A DNA stretch of 64,000 nt from Dehalococcoidia bacterium (GCA_963662615.2 CAXXSR010000001.1:736001-800000); one strand, 5' to 3'. Shown: positions 17,450-28,030, numbered from the stretch's first letter. Program-made: numbers and translations. Notes: generated from the sequence alone by a model not told the origin.

Positions 17450-18635
17450 CTAATGATCTCGTTGGCAGATGAAGCTCGCATCCAGGTCGTTCACGGACGG
17501 GCACCCGATGAGCGCCATCGATCGGCGGATCTCGCTCCGCAGAAGTTCCAGTGCCCTCTCCACGCCGCGCTGCCCGCCGGCCCCCAGGCCATAGAGGTAG
17601 GGCCGTCCGATCATGCACGCCCTCGCCCCCAGCGCCAGCGCCTTGACGACGTCGGAGCCGCGCCGAACGCCCCCATCGAGAACCACTTCCGCTCTCCCAC
17701 TGACCGCGTTGACGATCTCGGGCAACGCAGCGATCGCCGCTGGCGCCTGGTCCAACTGTCGGCCGCCGTGATTGGAGACGACGATCGCCTGGACGCCCAG
17801 CTCAACCGCGCGTTGTGCGTCCTCCGGACGCAGGATGCCCTTGACGGCAAACGGGCCGTCCCATTGCTCGACCATCCACGCTAAGTCGTCCCACGTCACC
17901 GAGGGATCGAATTGCCTATTCACGTACGTGCCCAGCGCGGTGACGTCGCTGCGACCTGCCTCGCCCCGCCCCACGACGTTCGCCATCGTGATGCGCGGAC
18001 TGGTCAGGAAGCGCCACCACCAGCTCGGGTGCAGGCCGGCGTCGATAATGGCGCTGACAGTGAGCTGCGGCGGGATCGTCATGCCGTTGCGGAGGTCGCG
18101 TTCGCGCTGGCCCAGCACCGGCACGTCAACGGTCAAGCAGAGTGCCGCGTAGCCGCTCTCACGGCAACGCTCGAAGAACTCCGCCACCAGACCGCGGTCG
18201 CGCCACACGTAGATTTGGAACCACTGTGGTCCGCTGGCGGCGGCGGCGACGTCCTCAATCGAAGCGCTGGAGATGGCCGACAGGGTGTAGATCGTTCCCG
18301 CGCGCTCGGCGGCCCGCGCCACGGCAAGTTCGCCCTCGTGGTGAAATAGACGGGTGAGACCGGTCGGGGACAGGATCAGCGGCAGATCGATCGGCTGGCC
18401 GAGCACGGTGGTGGCGATCTTCACCGCTGACACGTCAACAAACACCTTGGGAACTGAGGTCGTAGCGTTGAAAATCGGCACGATTACGACGCTCCGCAAC
18501 CTCGTCCTCGGCGCCACCTTCGGCGTAGTCGAAGACGGCCCGCGGCAGGCGTCGTTTCGCGACCTGGCGAAGGTCAGCGATGGAGTGGCAACGCGCAAGT
18601 CGCCGCTCGGTCGAGCCGGGCAAAGATCTCAGCAT
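17450..18635 (-). pseudogene. FMN-dependent alpha-hydroxy-acid dehydrogenase (LldD-like), +1 frameshift at about 18455
   Basis: N-part AKRRLPRAVFDYAEGGAEDE in one frame; LSPTG, WFQIY, LTVD, KGI, SNHGGRQLD, DGGVRRG in another; removing one base rejoins them. Confidence 0.85.
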
Positions 18636-18966
18636 CGCTTCACGGCCTGCATCGGTGGCCCCGCGGCCGGCGCTCCTCCGCGGCATCGCTCGACCAGAGA
18701 GATGTGGCCAAGGAAACGGGACGCCGCGCGAGTCGGCGCCGACCAGGCGCTAGCCTACTCCATCCTTGCCCTGACGGAGGTGTGCTGAGGGCTGGTTGGC
18801 AGTGCCCAAGCGCCGCGAGACTCGGCCCCCCTGCGGGACGGGAGCGCTCGACATGGCCTCGACCGCCTGCGGCGCCGCGACTGGCCGGGCGCGGTAGAGC
18901 CGGCGAGACCCGCGAGACCTACACCGCTATCTTGACCCGGCTGATGAAATTTTCGAGAGGATCGCG

Positions 18967-19668
18967 ATGACCTCCCTCGGCTCACGCACCGCCCTCGTGA
19001 CTGGCGGCAATCGCGGGATCGGCCTCGCGGCATGCCGCCAACTTGCTCGCGCCGGCCTCCGTGTCATTCTCACGGCGCGGGATTCGCATCGGGGCCGCGA
19101 GGCCACGGCGCTGCTCAAAGGCGAGGGGCTGGACGTCGCCTTCGAGCCGATGGACGTTGGCGACCGCGAGAGCGTCGCCTCCTGCCTGAGGCGCCTCAGT
19201 CAACAGGACATCATCGTCGATGTGCTGGTCAACAATGCCGGCATTTTCCCCTCGCAGGACATCCTGCGCGTCGATGTGGACATGCTCGACGAAGTGCTGG
19301 CCGTGCACGTGGTGGGACCATTCCGGCTCTGCCGGGCGCTCCTGCCCACGATGATCGAGCGCGGCTACGGCCGGATCGTCAACGTCTCTTCGGGCCTTGG
19401 CGCGGTCTGCGATCAGCCGCCGGCCGCCGGCGTCTACGGCGTGTCCAAGGCTTCGCTCAACGCCCTGACCCGCAGCCTGGCCGCATCCGTCCGCGGCGAT
19501 GTGAAGGTGAACGCCTTGCACCCGGGCTGGGTGCGTACCGAGATGGGCGGCGCGGGTGCGCCGGTCAGTCCTGAGGAGGCCGCAGCCTCGCTGGTGTGGC
19601 TGGCCACGCTGCCGGCGGACGGTCCCAACGGCGGCTTCTTCTTCAACCGCCGCTCAGTCGCTTGGTAG
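18967..19668 (+). CDS. SDR-family NAD(P)-dependent oxidoreductase
   Basis: TGGNRGIG, NNAG, YGVSK, PGWVRTEMGG. Confidence 0.93.
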   Translation: MTSLGSRTALVTGGNRGIGLAACRQLARAGLRVILTARDSHRGREATALLKGEGLDVAFEPMDVGDRESVASCLRRLSQQDIIVDVLVNNAGIFPSQDILRVDVDMLDEVLAVHVVGPFRLCRALLPTMIERGYGRIVNVSSGLGAVCDQPPAAGVYGVSKASLNALTRSLAASVRGDVKVNALHPGWVRTEMGGAGAPVSPEEAAASLVWLATLPADGPNGGFFFNRRSVAW

Positions 19669-20170
19669 GTCGAAGCCCAAGCGTTCCCGGCGCTCCTGTC
19701 CCGACACACGCGAAACGATGCCCTGAGCCGGCCGCGGCCGGCTTCCACACTCACTGTGCCGTCCCACCAGCGCGGCGGTCGTTCCAGCAGCGCCACGCGC
19801 TCGCGGTCCCGCCGTCACCATCCACGCATAGTGTCGGCCTTGCCTGACGTGCGAACGACGGGGCCGAGCCAGCCTCACGCGCTGCGCCGGGAACCACTGC
19901 GCCCGGAACCACCTCGCCGGATGTATCCATGGAGCTTGGTCCAACTCCTGCGATAACCTAATCTCGCAGGCGCACGGATCTCCCTCACACCCCCGTGACG
20001 CCGCAGCACGCTTGGCCTCTCAGCATCGATGCGGATCTCTGTACCGCTGCGAACAGAGTCGCGAGCGCGGGCCCTGACCGCCCGCGAAGAGTCTGCAGCG
20101 AGCATCTGCCGGTCCCGGGAAGGACACCACGCCATGGTCCGCCCTGGCCGCTGGAAGGAACGTCAGTTTC

Positions 20171-21439
20171 ATGCCGACGAGCTGGCGCTCGATCTCCTAC
20201 GGCTGGTGGCTGCTCGCGGCCGCCGTACTGGCACAGGCCGTGTTGACCGGGGTCTCCTTCTGGTCTTTTGGCCTCTACATCCAGCCGCTGGAAGGCGAGT
20301 TCGGTTGGTCGCGCGCGCAGGTGTCGCTGGGCTTCTCCATCGCGCTGTTGATCAGCGGGCTGATTGCACCGTTCGTCGGCAAGGCGGTCGACGTCTATGG
20401 CCCGCGTCGGGTGATCATCATCGGTGCGGCCTCGTCGGCCGCCAGCTACCTCCTGCTGACCACGACCAGCGCGTTGTGGGAGTGGTACGTCTTCCAGTCG
20501 ATCAATGCTGTGTTCCGGCAGATGATCTTCTTCATTCCGTTCACGGCCCTGATCGCGATCTGGTTCGACCGGCGGCGCGGTGCCGCCATCGGGATCTTGA
20601 CAACGGGCTTTGCGCTCGGCGGCGCGGTTCTCGTGCCCATCATGCGGGTAATCATCGACGCCGTCGATTGGGACGGCTCGTTCCTCGTATCCGCCGCCTT
20701 GGTGGGCGCGATCTTCCTGCCCTTAGGGCTGCTGATCCGCAACCGCCCCGCCGACACGCGCTCAGCCGTGGATGGAGGGCCGCGGTCCGCCGCCGCGTCC
20801 ACGGCGTCGTCCCCTCCAGCCAGCTTGACGCTCGGTCAGGCGCTGCGGACGCCGATCTTCTGGTTGATCGCCTTCGCCATCGCTATGCTCTTCTACGGTC
20901 TCTTCGGCTGGACCGTGCACGCCATCCTCTACTACGAATCCGTCGGGATTTCGCCTGGCTGGGCGGCGGCGCTCTTCTCCATCGCGTCCGGCGGCTCCAT
21001 GCTCACCCGCCTGGCGTTCGGGTTCCTCGCGGACCGTCTTGGCAACATCGAGGCGGCCGGCGCCGGGCTCACCGCTTGCCTGGTCCTCGCCATGCTGGTC
21101 CTGTTCGCGACCGGCGGCTCCACGCTCGGCGTGGCACTGTTCCTGCCGCTGTTCATGATCGGCGCCGGCGGTGGACCCTTGCTCGAGTTGCTCTTGCTCA
21201 CGCGCGCCTTCGGCGTTGCGAACTTCGGCACGATCCTCGGCGCCGTGGCCGTGGTGGAGACGATCGGGCTCGTGATGAGCCCCACGGCGGCTGGCGCCAT
21301 CTTCGACGCCACCGGCGAGTACGACTGGGCGCTCATGATGCTCGCCGGCGCCTTTGGCGCCTCGTCGGTGCTGTTCTGGGTCGCCGGCAGACGGCGACGG
21401 CCTATCCTCGCGGAGCCGCCGCTCGCCCCAGACGGATGA
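20171..21439 (+). CDS. MFS transporter
   Basis: About 12 TM helices, GKAVDVYGPRR motif A, WFDRRRG. Confidence 0.92.
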   Translation: MPTSWRSISYGWWLLAAAVLAQAVLTGVSFWSFGLYIQPLEGEFGWSRAQVSLGFSIALLISGLIAPFVGKAVDVYGPRRVIIIGAASSAASYLLLTTTSALWEWYVFQSINAVFRQMIFFIPFTALIAIWFDRRRGAAIGILTTGFALGGAVLVPIMRVIIDAVDWDGSFLVSAALVGAIFLPLGLLIRNRPADTRSAVDGGPRSAAASTASSPPASLTLGQALRTPIFWLIAFAIAMLFYGLFGWTVHAILYYESVGISPGWAAALFSIASGGSMLTRLAFGFLADRLGNIEAAGAGLTACLVLAMLVLFATGGSTLGVALFLPLFMIGAGGGPLLELLLLTRAFGVANFGTILGAVAVVETIGLVMSPTAAGAIFDATGEYDWALMMLAGAFGASSVLFWVAGRRRRPILAEPPLAPDG

Positions 21440-21911
21440 GGCCGCCGTCCCTCCAGCGCTCCGGTCCCGATCGGGCCGCCTGTGCGGAGGCAAGGCGACC
21501 GAATTCGTTGTGGGAGGAGAGTACGTCCGTCCCCAGCCCAGCAATACAAGTTGAGGAGGTCCGCCGCGATCTCGCCGTCACCATCTCGCGATAGTGACGT
21601 GTGCCGACCGCGCGACGAACGCGTCGGCGGCGATCTACCATGTGGACCGACGCCCGGCGACGCCGGGTGGCTCACGCCCGAAGTCCGAGTGCCGCGAGGA
21701 CGACACGGATGATGAGATCGGGTTTGCGGGCAGGGGCGGCTAGGTGACCGCGACGCTGCGCGCTCGCGATGCGGGCACGACGGTCGAGCTGCTGACCGTC
21801 GAATGGGACGGACAGGTCCGCCGATTCGCGCGGGAGGGACTCTAGTTGGATCGCCTTCGGGAGTCCACGGCAGGACGGCGCAAGGCGGCTCCGACGCCGC
21901 GGGCTGTTTGT

Positions 21912-22277
21912 ATGGGCGCCTACCTTCAGCACCTCTTCATCCGGACGCCGCTGACCATCGCGCTTGTCCTGGCGGCCCTAGGCCTGGGAGCTGCGGCCGC
22001 GACCTTGCACGCATCCGCTGACGTCCAAGAGCCCGACAGGGTCACCCTGTGTCACAACGGGCGCAGCCTGACCCTGTCCCTGAACGCCGAAGCTGACCAT
22101 CTTGCGCACGGAGATACGCCGGGGCCATGCTCACCTGGGGGGCTCGCGGCGACCGGATTCGGCGGTCTGGCCGACAGCGACGGGAGCGACGTGCCGGCGT
22201 GGGCCTGGGCCGCGCTTGCGGCCGGGGTGACGTCGGCGGCGCTCGTGGCTGGGCGCGGGGCGCTGCGCCGACGCTGA
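21912..22277 (+). CDS. Small secreted protein with a Cys/His motif and an LAATG-type C-terminal sorting signal
   Basis: Signal peptide; VTLCHNG...HLAHGDTPGPC; LAATGFGGLA + TM + RRR. Confidence 0.75.
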   Translation: MGAYLQHLFIRTPLTIALVLAALGLGAAAATLHASADVQEPDRVTLCHNGRSLTLSLNAEADHLAHGDTPGPCSPGGLAATGFGGLADSDGSDVPAWAWAALAAGVTSAALVAGRGALRRR

Positions 22278-22380
22278 GGCCGTCCTTCAGGAGGCGGCGC
22301 TCAGGGCCGTCGCGATCCGCTCAGAGTGTGCACGGTCATCAGTCGCTCTTGGCCGCGCACAGTCTGACAGCGCCCGCGAA

Positions 22381-23064
22381 TCAGCCAGCGTTGTCGCCGT
22401 CGTCGGGCGCCACAGGATCGGGCGCCACAGAGTCGGGCCCGGGCTGATTGACGAAGTGCCGCGCCAGTGGGCGCAGCGCCTCCATGATCTCGCCCGCCAC
22501 CTCTTCTGCCACTTCACACTCGTGCATTGCCGCGCTCATGTGACTGAGCCACCGCTCGGCGAGGCGAAGACTGATCGGGAAGGGCAAGTGTCGCTGTCGC
22601 AAGCGGGGCGAGCCATAGCGCTGGGTGTAGCGCGGTTCGCCTCCCAGCCACTGCTCGAAAAACAGCTTCTGCTTCGCGCGTCCGGCATCCAGGTCCGCCG
22701 GGAACAGCGAACGGATCTCGGGATCCGCCTCAATGCGGTCGTAGAGGGAATCGATCACTCGCTCAACGGCGTCGCGCCCGCCGATGCGCGCGATGAGCGT
22801 TTCCGGCTCGAGGGCTCCGACGTCGTGGACGAGGGAATTCACGCGGGCGAGAGGCGGTGCGCCGAGGTGATCCGCCACCGGCTTCGAGCCCGCCAACTCG
22901 GCTGCCCGCTCAAAGCCAGCGCAATGAACCACGGGCAGTGTCGGATAGCGCGGGTACTGGGAATCAGTCTCGGACCGCCCGCAGCGAACAAAGCGTGAAC
23001 CACGAGCCGTCGTGACCCCCCGTGCCCAGGTGCACCCAGTGCAGAGGCCGAGATCTTGCGCCAC
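22381..23064 (-). CDS. Group II truncated haemoglobin fused to an N-terminal Cys-rich domain
   Basis: IGG...LYDRI...LFP...FFEQWLGG..RY..RYGSPRLRQRHLPFPI...W; N-terminal CTGC...C...YPRYPTLPVVHC; GGAGG upstream of GTG 23064. Confidence 0.8.
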   Translation of the reverse strand: MAQDLGLCTGCTWARGVTTARGSRFVRCGRSETDSQYPRYPTLPVVHCAGFERAAELAGSKPVADHLGAPPLARVNSLVHDVGALEPETLIARIGGRDAVERVIDSLYDRIEADPEIRSLFPADLDAGRAKQKLFFEQWLGGEPRYTQRYGSPRLRQRHLPFPISLRLAERWLSHMSAAMHECEVAEEVAGEIMEALRPLARHFVNQPGPDSVAPDPVAPDDGDNAG

Positions 23065-23257
23065 TCCCCGTTGACCTCCAGTCGTCCCGCTAGACCGTAC
23101 GATACAGCGGGGGTCTGACGTGAACGAAAGCTCGATTGTCGGGCGGGCGGATTGGCGGGCGGGCGGATTGGTGGCCTGGCGAATTAACTCGCTGATGGGG
23201 ACGCGTCTTGGATCGCTCAAGCACGCAGGATTCATCGTCTGCGTCTGAAGGGCTCCG

Positions 23258-23640
23258 ATGACATACAACGACCTGCTCAAACTCTATCTCCCGGATACGT
23301 CCCCCGCAGACGACTACGCACCGTTCATGGCTGCTGCGCGGGCTGTCTTGTTGCCCGGAAAAGGGCCACCGTGGCAAGAGTTCGACGGCGCCTCGAACCT
23401 CATTGGTTGGCGGTTCAGATCTACGCGTGAGTAGCTGGACGACTACATCAAGACTGATGATGAGCCGTTTGAGGCGATTTACACGCGAGAGCGCGTGCTC
23501 TTCGGGATGTTCACGAGCGGGGTTTCCTGCATCGAGAGCACCTGCTACGCCCTATACGCACTAGCGAGTCAGCCATCGGTCCTTGGCGTCACATTCGACG
23601 AGAATGAGCGGCGACTGACGCTGGCCGCTTCGTGGCGGTG
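23258..23640 (+). pseudogene. Degraded hypothetical gene (internal TAG, 3' truncated)
   Basis: ATG 23258 ...FDGASNLIGWRFRSTRE*LDD...ERVLFGMFTSGVSCIESTCYALYALAS; TAG at 23432-23434; more AT-rich than its neighbours. Confidence 0.55.
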
Positions 23641-23642
23641 CC

Positions 23643-24641
23643 TTAGCCGCGTCGCCTCCCGGAGACAAAGAGGTGGCACACGCCCATAACGATCCCCACG
23701 ACGGCGCCGGCTGCCGCCAGCAGCGCCAGCGGAAGCGCCCAGATCCAGCTGTCCGATGACGGCGCCTGCGCCAGGCCGCCGCTTCCCGTGTTGGGCAGGC
23801 CGCCGGGAGCGCTGGGGCCGGCTGTGCCGGACGCCGCAATGAACTCCTGAGCGATGATCGTGTAGCCGGCGTCATTGGCGTGGCAGCAGTCCGACTGCAT
23901 CTGCTGAGGTCCCAGTGAGCCGGCCACGTCCGCCACCTCCGCGGAGTGCCGCGCCGCGGCGGCTCGGATCAGGTCATTCAGCCCCGCCGGCAGCCCCAGT
24001 GCTGGCGCACCCTCCAAGATGCTCTCTGCCACCGGAGCCAGCGAATGCAGTTCGCAATCGGGGTGGATCAGCATGTTGCTGTACGTCATGGCGATGATCG
24101 GCGTGCTCGCGCCCGCCGCGCCGCGCAGCTCGCCGAGTATGACCTCGAAGTTTCCGGCGAAGCTCGTCAGCGTCGCTTCCACCGCCCCCACGCACTCCGC
24201 CGACGGGCCGCCGCTGCAGACCGGAACCAGCGCCATCATGTCGTTCCCGCCGATGTTCAGCGTGATCATGCGCACGTCGTCCTCCGCGCTGGCGTTGCCG
24301 TTCCGCTCGCGCAACTGGGCCACCGCTGCTTCCAGCTGTCCCTCGGCGATCATCGAATCGCTGGTCTCGCCGCTCACGGCCACATTCTGTAGTTGGAGGG
24401 AAGGGCCGCCGGCGTCGGCGGGCGTCAGGGCGTCCGTCAGGTGGCGGTGGACCTGGGGCACGTATCCGCTCGTCGCCGCGTCCGACGCGCCCACGCCCGC
24501 CGCCAGCGAGTCACCGAGCGCCAGGTACACTGGCGCTTCGCCCCCGCTCGACTCGTCCGCCAACGCCGCGCCCGTCCCCGCTCCCACCGCAAGCAGGACG
24601 CCCAATATCAAGACCGAGAACCGTCGCAACTGCTTTTTCAT
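23643..24641 (-). CDS. Secreted SGNH/GDSL hydrolase with LPNTG sorting signal
   Basis: Signal peptide, ALGDSL, IGGND, DxxH (DCCH), LPNTGSGGLA + TM + RRR. Confidence 0.9.
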   Translation of the reverse strand: MKKQLRRFSVLILGVLLAVGAGTGAALADESSGGEAPVYLALGDSLAAGVGASDAATSGYVPQVHRHLTDALTPADAGGPSLQLQNVAVSGETSDSMIAEGQLEAAVAQLRERNGNASAEDDVRMITLNIGGNDMMALVPVCSGGPSAECVGAVEATLTSFAGNFEVILGELRGAAGASTPIIAMTYSNMLIHPDCELHSLAPVAESILEGAPALGLPAGLNDLIRAAAARHSAEVADVAGSLGPQQMQSDCCHANDAGYTIIAQEFIAASGTAGPSAPGGLPNTGSGGLAQAPSSDSWIWALPLALLAAAGAVVGIVMGVCHLFVSGRRRG

Positions 24642-24871
24642 GATTGAACCTTCGTTCCCGCGCGGCCGGCTTCCTGCTGTGCCGCTGCACACGCAGTCTC
24701 GCCGCGGCGCCCCGCCCGTCGAAGGTACGGATGTCCCATTGCCCATGGGACGCCTGACCCATTTGCGCGCCGCCCGGCGCTCTCGGCAGGCCCCCGGCGA
24801 CGGCGCGATTCCCCCCGGCGTCGCCTGCGACGGGAGAAACGCGCCACCGCGTCCGCTACGATTCCCCCACC

Positions 24872-26044
24872 ATGGACTGGCTGCGCCGCCCCCTATCGGA
24901 GCAACAGCGCGCCAGCCTGCCCATCCTGGTGGTGGTCCGCTGGCTGATCCTCGGCGTGGTGCTCTTCTTTCTCAACTTCCACGCGGGCGCGGAGACCGGC
25001 GAGCGGATCGGCCTCAATCTCGTCCTCGTGGGCGCCGCCCTGCTCAACGCCCGCCTCCATTGGCTGATGTGGAACGGCCGGCGGATCCCCGTGGCCCTCC
25101 CGTTGCTCGCCAGCCTCTACGACATCACCGGGATCACGGCGGGCGTCGCTCTCATCGACGGCTTTGACAACCCCAACTTCCTCGTCTACTTCCCGGCCCT
25201 GCTCGCCTTCACCCTCGTCTTCCCCGGCTGGTGGAGCGTCCTCTACACGGCCGGCGCTCTGGCCGCCTACACGCCCATCAGCATCCTCACCCACTCCGCC
25301 TTCGACGGCGGTGACACGGCCGACGTCAAGGCCATGGTCCTCCGCCTTACCACCCTGGTGGCGACGCTCCTCATCGCCAACATGATCGTTCGCATCGAAC
25401 GGCGCCGCCGCGAACGCGCCGTGGCGGCCGAGCACGCCAGCGGCCTGGAACGCGAGCGTGTCTCCGAGGAGATCCATGACGGCGTCGCCCAGAACGTGTA
25501 CCTCTTGGCCATGAACCTGGAGATGCTCGCCGAGGTCGAGCGCGACCCCGACCGCGCCGAGCGCGTCAGCTCCATGGTCCGGCTCGCCAAGGAGACGCTG
25601 ATCGAGACGCGCGGCCTCCTCACGAACCTCCAGCCGGTGATGGCGGGCACGAAGGGCTTGCCGGACCTGGTCCGCACGCAGGCCGAGGAGTTCGCCGCCG
25701 TCACCCGCATCCCCGTCCACGTCAACATCGACGGCCCCCCCCGCGACCTCCCGCCCGAGTCCATCGGTGACATCTATCGCGTGGTCCAGGAGGGGCTGGC
25801 CAACGTCTACAAGCACGCCCGCGCCACGGAGGCCACGATCGCGCTCAACTACCGCCCCCACGACCTCCTCATCGAGGTGCGGGATAATGGCCGCGGCCTG
25901 GATCTCGTGGACGACGGCCACCGCGGCCACGGCATCCACAACATGCGCCAGCGCGCCGCTCGACTGGGTGGCGGTATCGTCTTCGAGGCGCTGGACGGGG
26001 GCGGCACCCGCCTCGCTATGACCGTGCCGCTGGGGAAGAGCTGA
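24872..26044 (+). CDS. Membrane sensor histidine kinase (HisKA_3, NarX/DesK-like)
   Basis: Multiple TMs; ERERVSEEIHDGVAQ, QEGLANVYKHA, DNGRG, GHGIHNMRQRA. Confidence 0.93.
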   Translation: MDWLRRPLSEQQRASLPILVVVRWLILGVVLFFLNFHAGAETGERIGLNLVLVGAALLNARLHWLMWNGRRIPVALPLLASLYDITGITAGVALIDGFDNPNFLVYFPALLAFTLVFPGWWSVLYTAGALAAYTPISILTHSAFDGGDTADVKAMVLRLTTLVATLLIANMIVRIERRRRERAVAAEHASGLERERVSEEIHDGVAQNVYLLAMNLEMLAEVERDPDRAERVSSMVRLAKETLIETRGLLTNLQPVMAGTKGLPDLVRTQAEEFAAVTRIPVHVNIDGPPRDLPPESIGDIYRVVQEGLANVYKHARATEATIALNYRPHDLLIEVRDNGRGLDLVDDGHRGHGIHNMRQRAARLGGGIVFEALDGGGTRLAMTVPLGKS

Positions 26045-26045
26045 G

Positions 26046-26714
26046 ATGAAGCAGATCCGCGTCTTGCTCGTCGACGATCACGCCGTCGTCCGCGCCGGCC
26101 TTCGCGCCATCCTCGAGGTTGAAGATGACATCGCCGTCGTCGCCGAAGCCGCCGACGGCGACGCCGCCGTCCGTGAGGCCCTCGCCGCCAACCCCGCCGT
26201 CGTGATCATGGACGTGCGCATGGGCCCCACCGACGGCATCCAGGCTTGCCGCGAGATCAAGAGTGAGCGCGACGGCATCGGCGTCCTCATGCTGACGTCG
26301 TTCGGCGGTGCCGAGGCGGTCGTGGCGGCCTTGGCGGCCTTGATGGCCGGCGCCTCCGGCTTCCTCCTCAAGAACACTGGCCGTGACGAACTCCTCCGCG
26401 CCATCCGCGCCGTCGCTCGCGGCGAGTCGTTGCTGGACGCCGCCGCCACCCGCCAGATCACCAACAAGATCGTGGACCTCGCCGCCGGCGGCGGCGCCCC
26501 GCTCGTCTCACGCCTCTCCGATCGAGAGCGGGAGGTCCTGACCTTGGTCGCGCAAGGTCACACGAACAAAGAGATCGCCGGAGAGCTGGTGATCTCCAAG
26601 GTCACGGCCCGCAACCACGTCAGCCACATCCTGGAGAAGTTGGGGATGAGCCGCCGCAGCGAGGCGGCCGCCTTCGCCGCCCAGATGGGTCTGCTGGACC
26701 AACCCTCCACCTAG
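26046..26714 (+). CDS. NarL/LuxR-family response regulator
   Basis: LLVDDH, MDVRM, LLK, LSDREREVL...NKEIA...HVSHILEKL. Confidence 0.94.
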   Translation: MKQIRVLLVDDHAVVRAGLRAILEVEDDIAVVAEAADGDAAVREALAANPAVVIMDVRMGPTDGIQACREIKSERDGIGVLMLTSFGGAEAVVAALAALMAGASGFLLKNTGRDELLRAIRAVARGESLLDAAATRQITNKIVDLAAGGGAPLVSRLSDREREVLTLVAQGHTNKEIAGELVISKVTARNHVSHILEKLGMSRRSEAAAFAAQMGLLDQPST

Positions 26715-26796
26715 CCGCGCTCCAGGCGACACGCGTCGTGCTCACCCTGCCGCCGTCCAAGTGAGCGGGCCAGCCGCGGGCTCGGAACGCGCAAAA

Positions 26797-26833
26797 CGGT
26801 GCCCAGGGGCAGAATCGAACTGCCGGCACAGCG
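26797..26833 (-). repeat. tRNA-Phe 3'-half remnant (att-like), distal copy
   Basis: cggtgcccaggggcagaatcgaactgccggcacagcg matches 29176-29212 at 33/37. Confidence 0.85.
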
Positions 26834-26868
26834 CCTGCCGGCACAGCGCCCGCCAACCGAGCCCCAAC

Positions 26869-27318
26869 TTATTCGCGCCAGAACTGCGCCAGGGCGTCGG
26901 CAACAGCCCGATGCTGGGCGGGACTCAGGCGGCTTGCGAACTCGCGCTCAAGATCGCCGCGGTGCTTGGCGATCGCGCCCTCGTAGGCGCGCGCGCCCTT
27001 CGCAGTGAGGACGACGAACACGCCTCTGCGATCCCGTGGTACGCGGTCGCGGCGCACGAACCCCGCCTTCTCGATTCGGTCCACGAGGCGCGTCATGCCG
27101 CTGCGGGTAAAGAGCGATCGCTCCTGCAGCTCCTGCATGCGCAGTCGCTGGTCGGGTGCGTCGTAGAGCCGGCCCAGCACGTCCAGGAACGCCAGCGACA
27201 CCCCGGAATGCTCTTGCAGGTCGCGTTCGACGGCGTGGAACACCTGCGCGTTGGTGAAGATGATGCCTCGCCAGGCATCCCACCAAGCCGGTTCGGAGGA
27301 AGCAGCGTCAACGGGCAT
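26869..27318 (-). CDS. MarR-family transcriptional regulator
   Basis: LRMQEL...TRSGMTRLVDRIEKAGFVRR...DRRGVFVVLTAKG. Confidence 0.92.
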   Translation of the reverse strand: MPVDAASSEPAWWDAWRGIIFTNAQVFHAVERDLQEHSGVSLAFLDVLGRLYDAPDQRLRMQELQERSLFTRSGMTRLVDRIEKAGFVRRDRVPRDRRGVFVVLTAKGARAYEGAIAKHRGDLEREFASRLSPAQHRAVADALAQFWRE

Positions 27319-27568
27319 GGCCCCAGCTTACCGCGCAATATGCTTTCGCAATGACTGTCAGAATAATATAATGGATTACAGTGTTTGATAAAGCAAACAG
27401 TGCGGTTGTATACATCCACTTGGACCCCGCCCGGGGGTGCCGGAAGAAGGGGAGCCATGGACACCGGCATCATGGCGAACGGCACCGAGAATGCACCGCT
27501 CTTGGCGGACCGCCAGACGGGCACGGGTTGGGGCTAAAGAAGCAGGACAGACAGGAAGGATGCACGCA

Positions 27569-27838
27569 ATGACGACGCTCTTCGTTCGGCACCAGGTTGA
27601 CGATTTCGCGAAGTGGAAGCAGGTGTACGACGACTTCCGCCCAAAGCAGCAGCAGTTGGGCATCACGGCGGAGGCCGTGTACCGCGCCGCCGACAACGCG
27701 AACGACGTGACCGTGATGCACGAATTCGCGACCCTCGAGGCCGCCCAGCAGTTCATGGCGAGCGACCTCTTGCGCGAGGCGATGCAGAAGGCCGGGGTCG
27801 CCGGGAAGCCCACGATCTGGTTCGCCGACAAGACGTAA
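27569..27838 (+). CDS. Small ABM/cyclase-like (dimeric alpha-beta barrel) protein
   Basis: MTTLFVRHQVDDFAKWKQVYD...HEF..LEAAQQF...LREAMQKAGV..KPTIWF. Confidence 0.8.
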   Translation: MTTLFVRHQVDDFAKWKQVYDDFRPKQQQLGITAEAVYRAADNANDVTVMHEFATLEAAQQFMASDLLREAMQKAGVAGKPTIWFADKT

Positions 27839-28030
27839 CGCCGGCACGCCACGCCGGTCGCCGAGCAGCCCAGGACATCGCCTGGACCAATGGCAACCTG
27901 CACGCCCGCTCCGGCACGTCTATCTGCCCCAGTGCACGATTCGCGGCCTGGTCGCTGTCGAACCTGCTGCAAGAGATAACGGCCCTTCGCAGCGATTACG
28001 CCGTGAATCGCCCTGACCAGATGGGGAAAA

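Noticed and set aside
19654-19944. Possible decayed MFS N-terminus (HYAWMV) on the minus strand
   Set aside because: Only a six-residue resemblance and no transmembrane segments follow.
23432-23434. Pyrrolysine or amber read-through
   Set aside because: The gene is also truncated at its 3' end and nothing suggests a Pyl context; a nonsense mutation is simpler.
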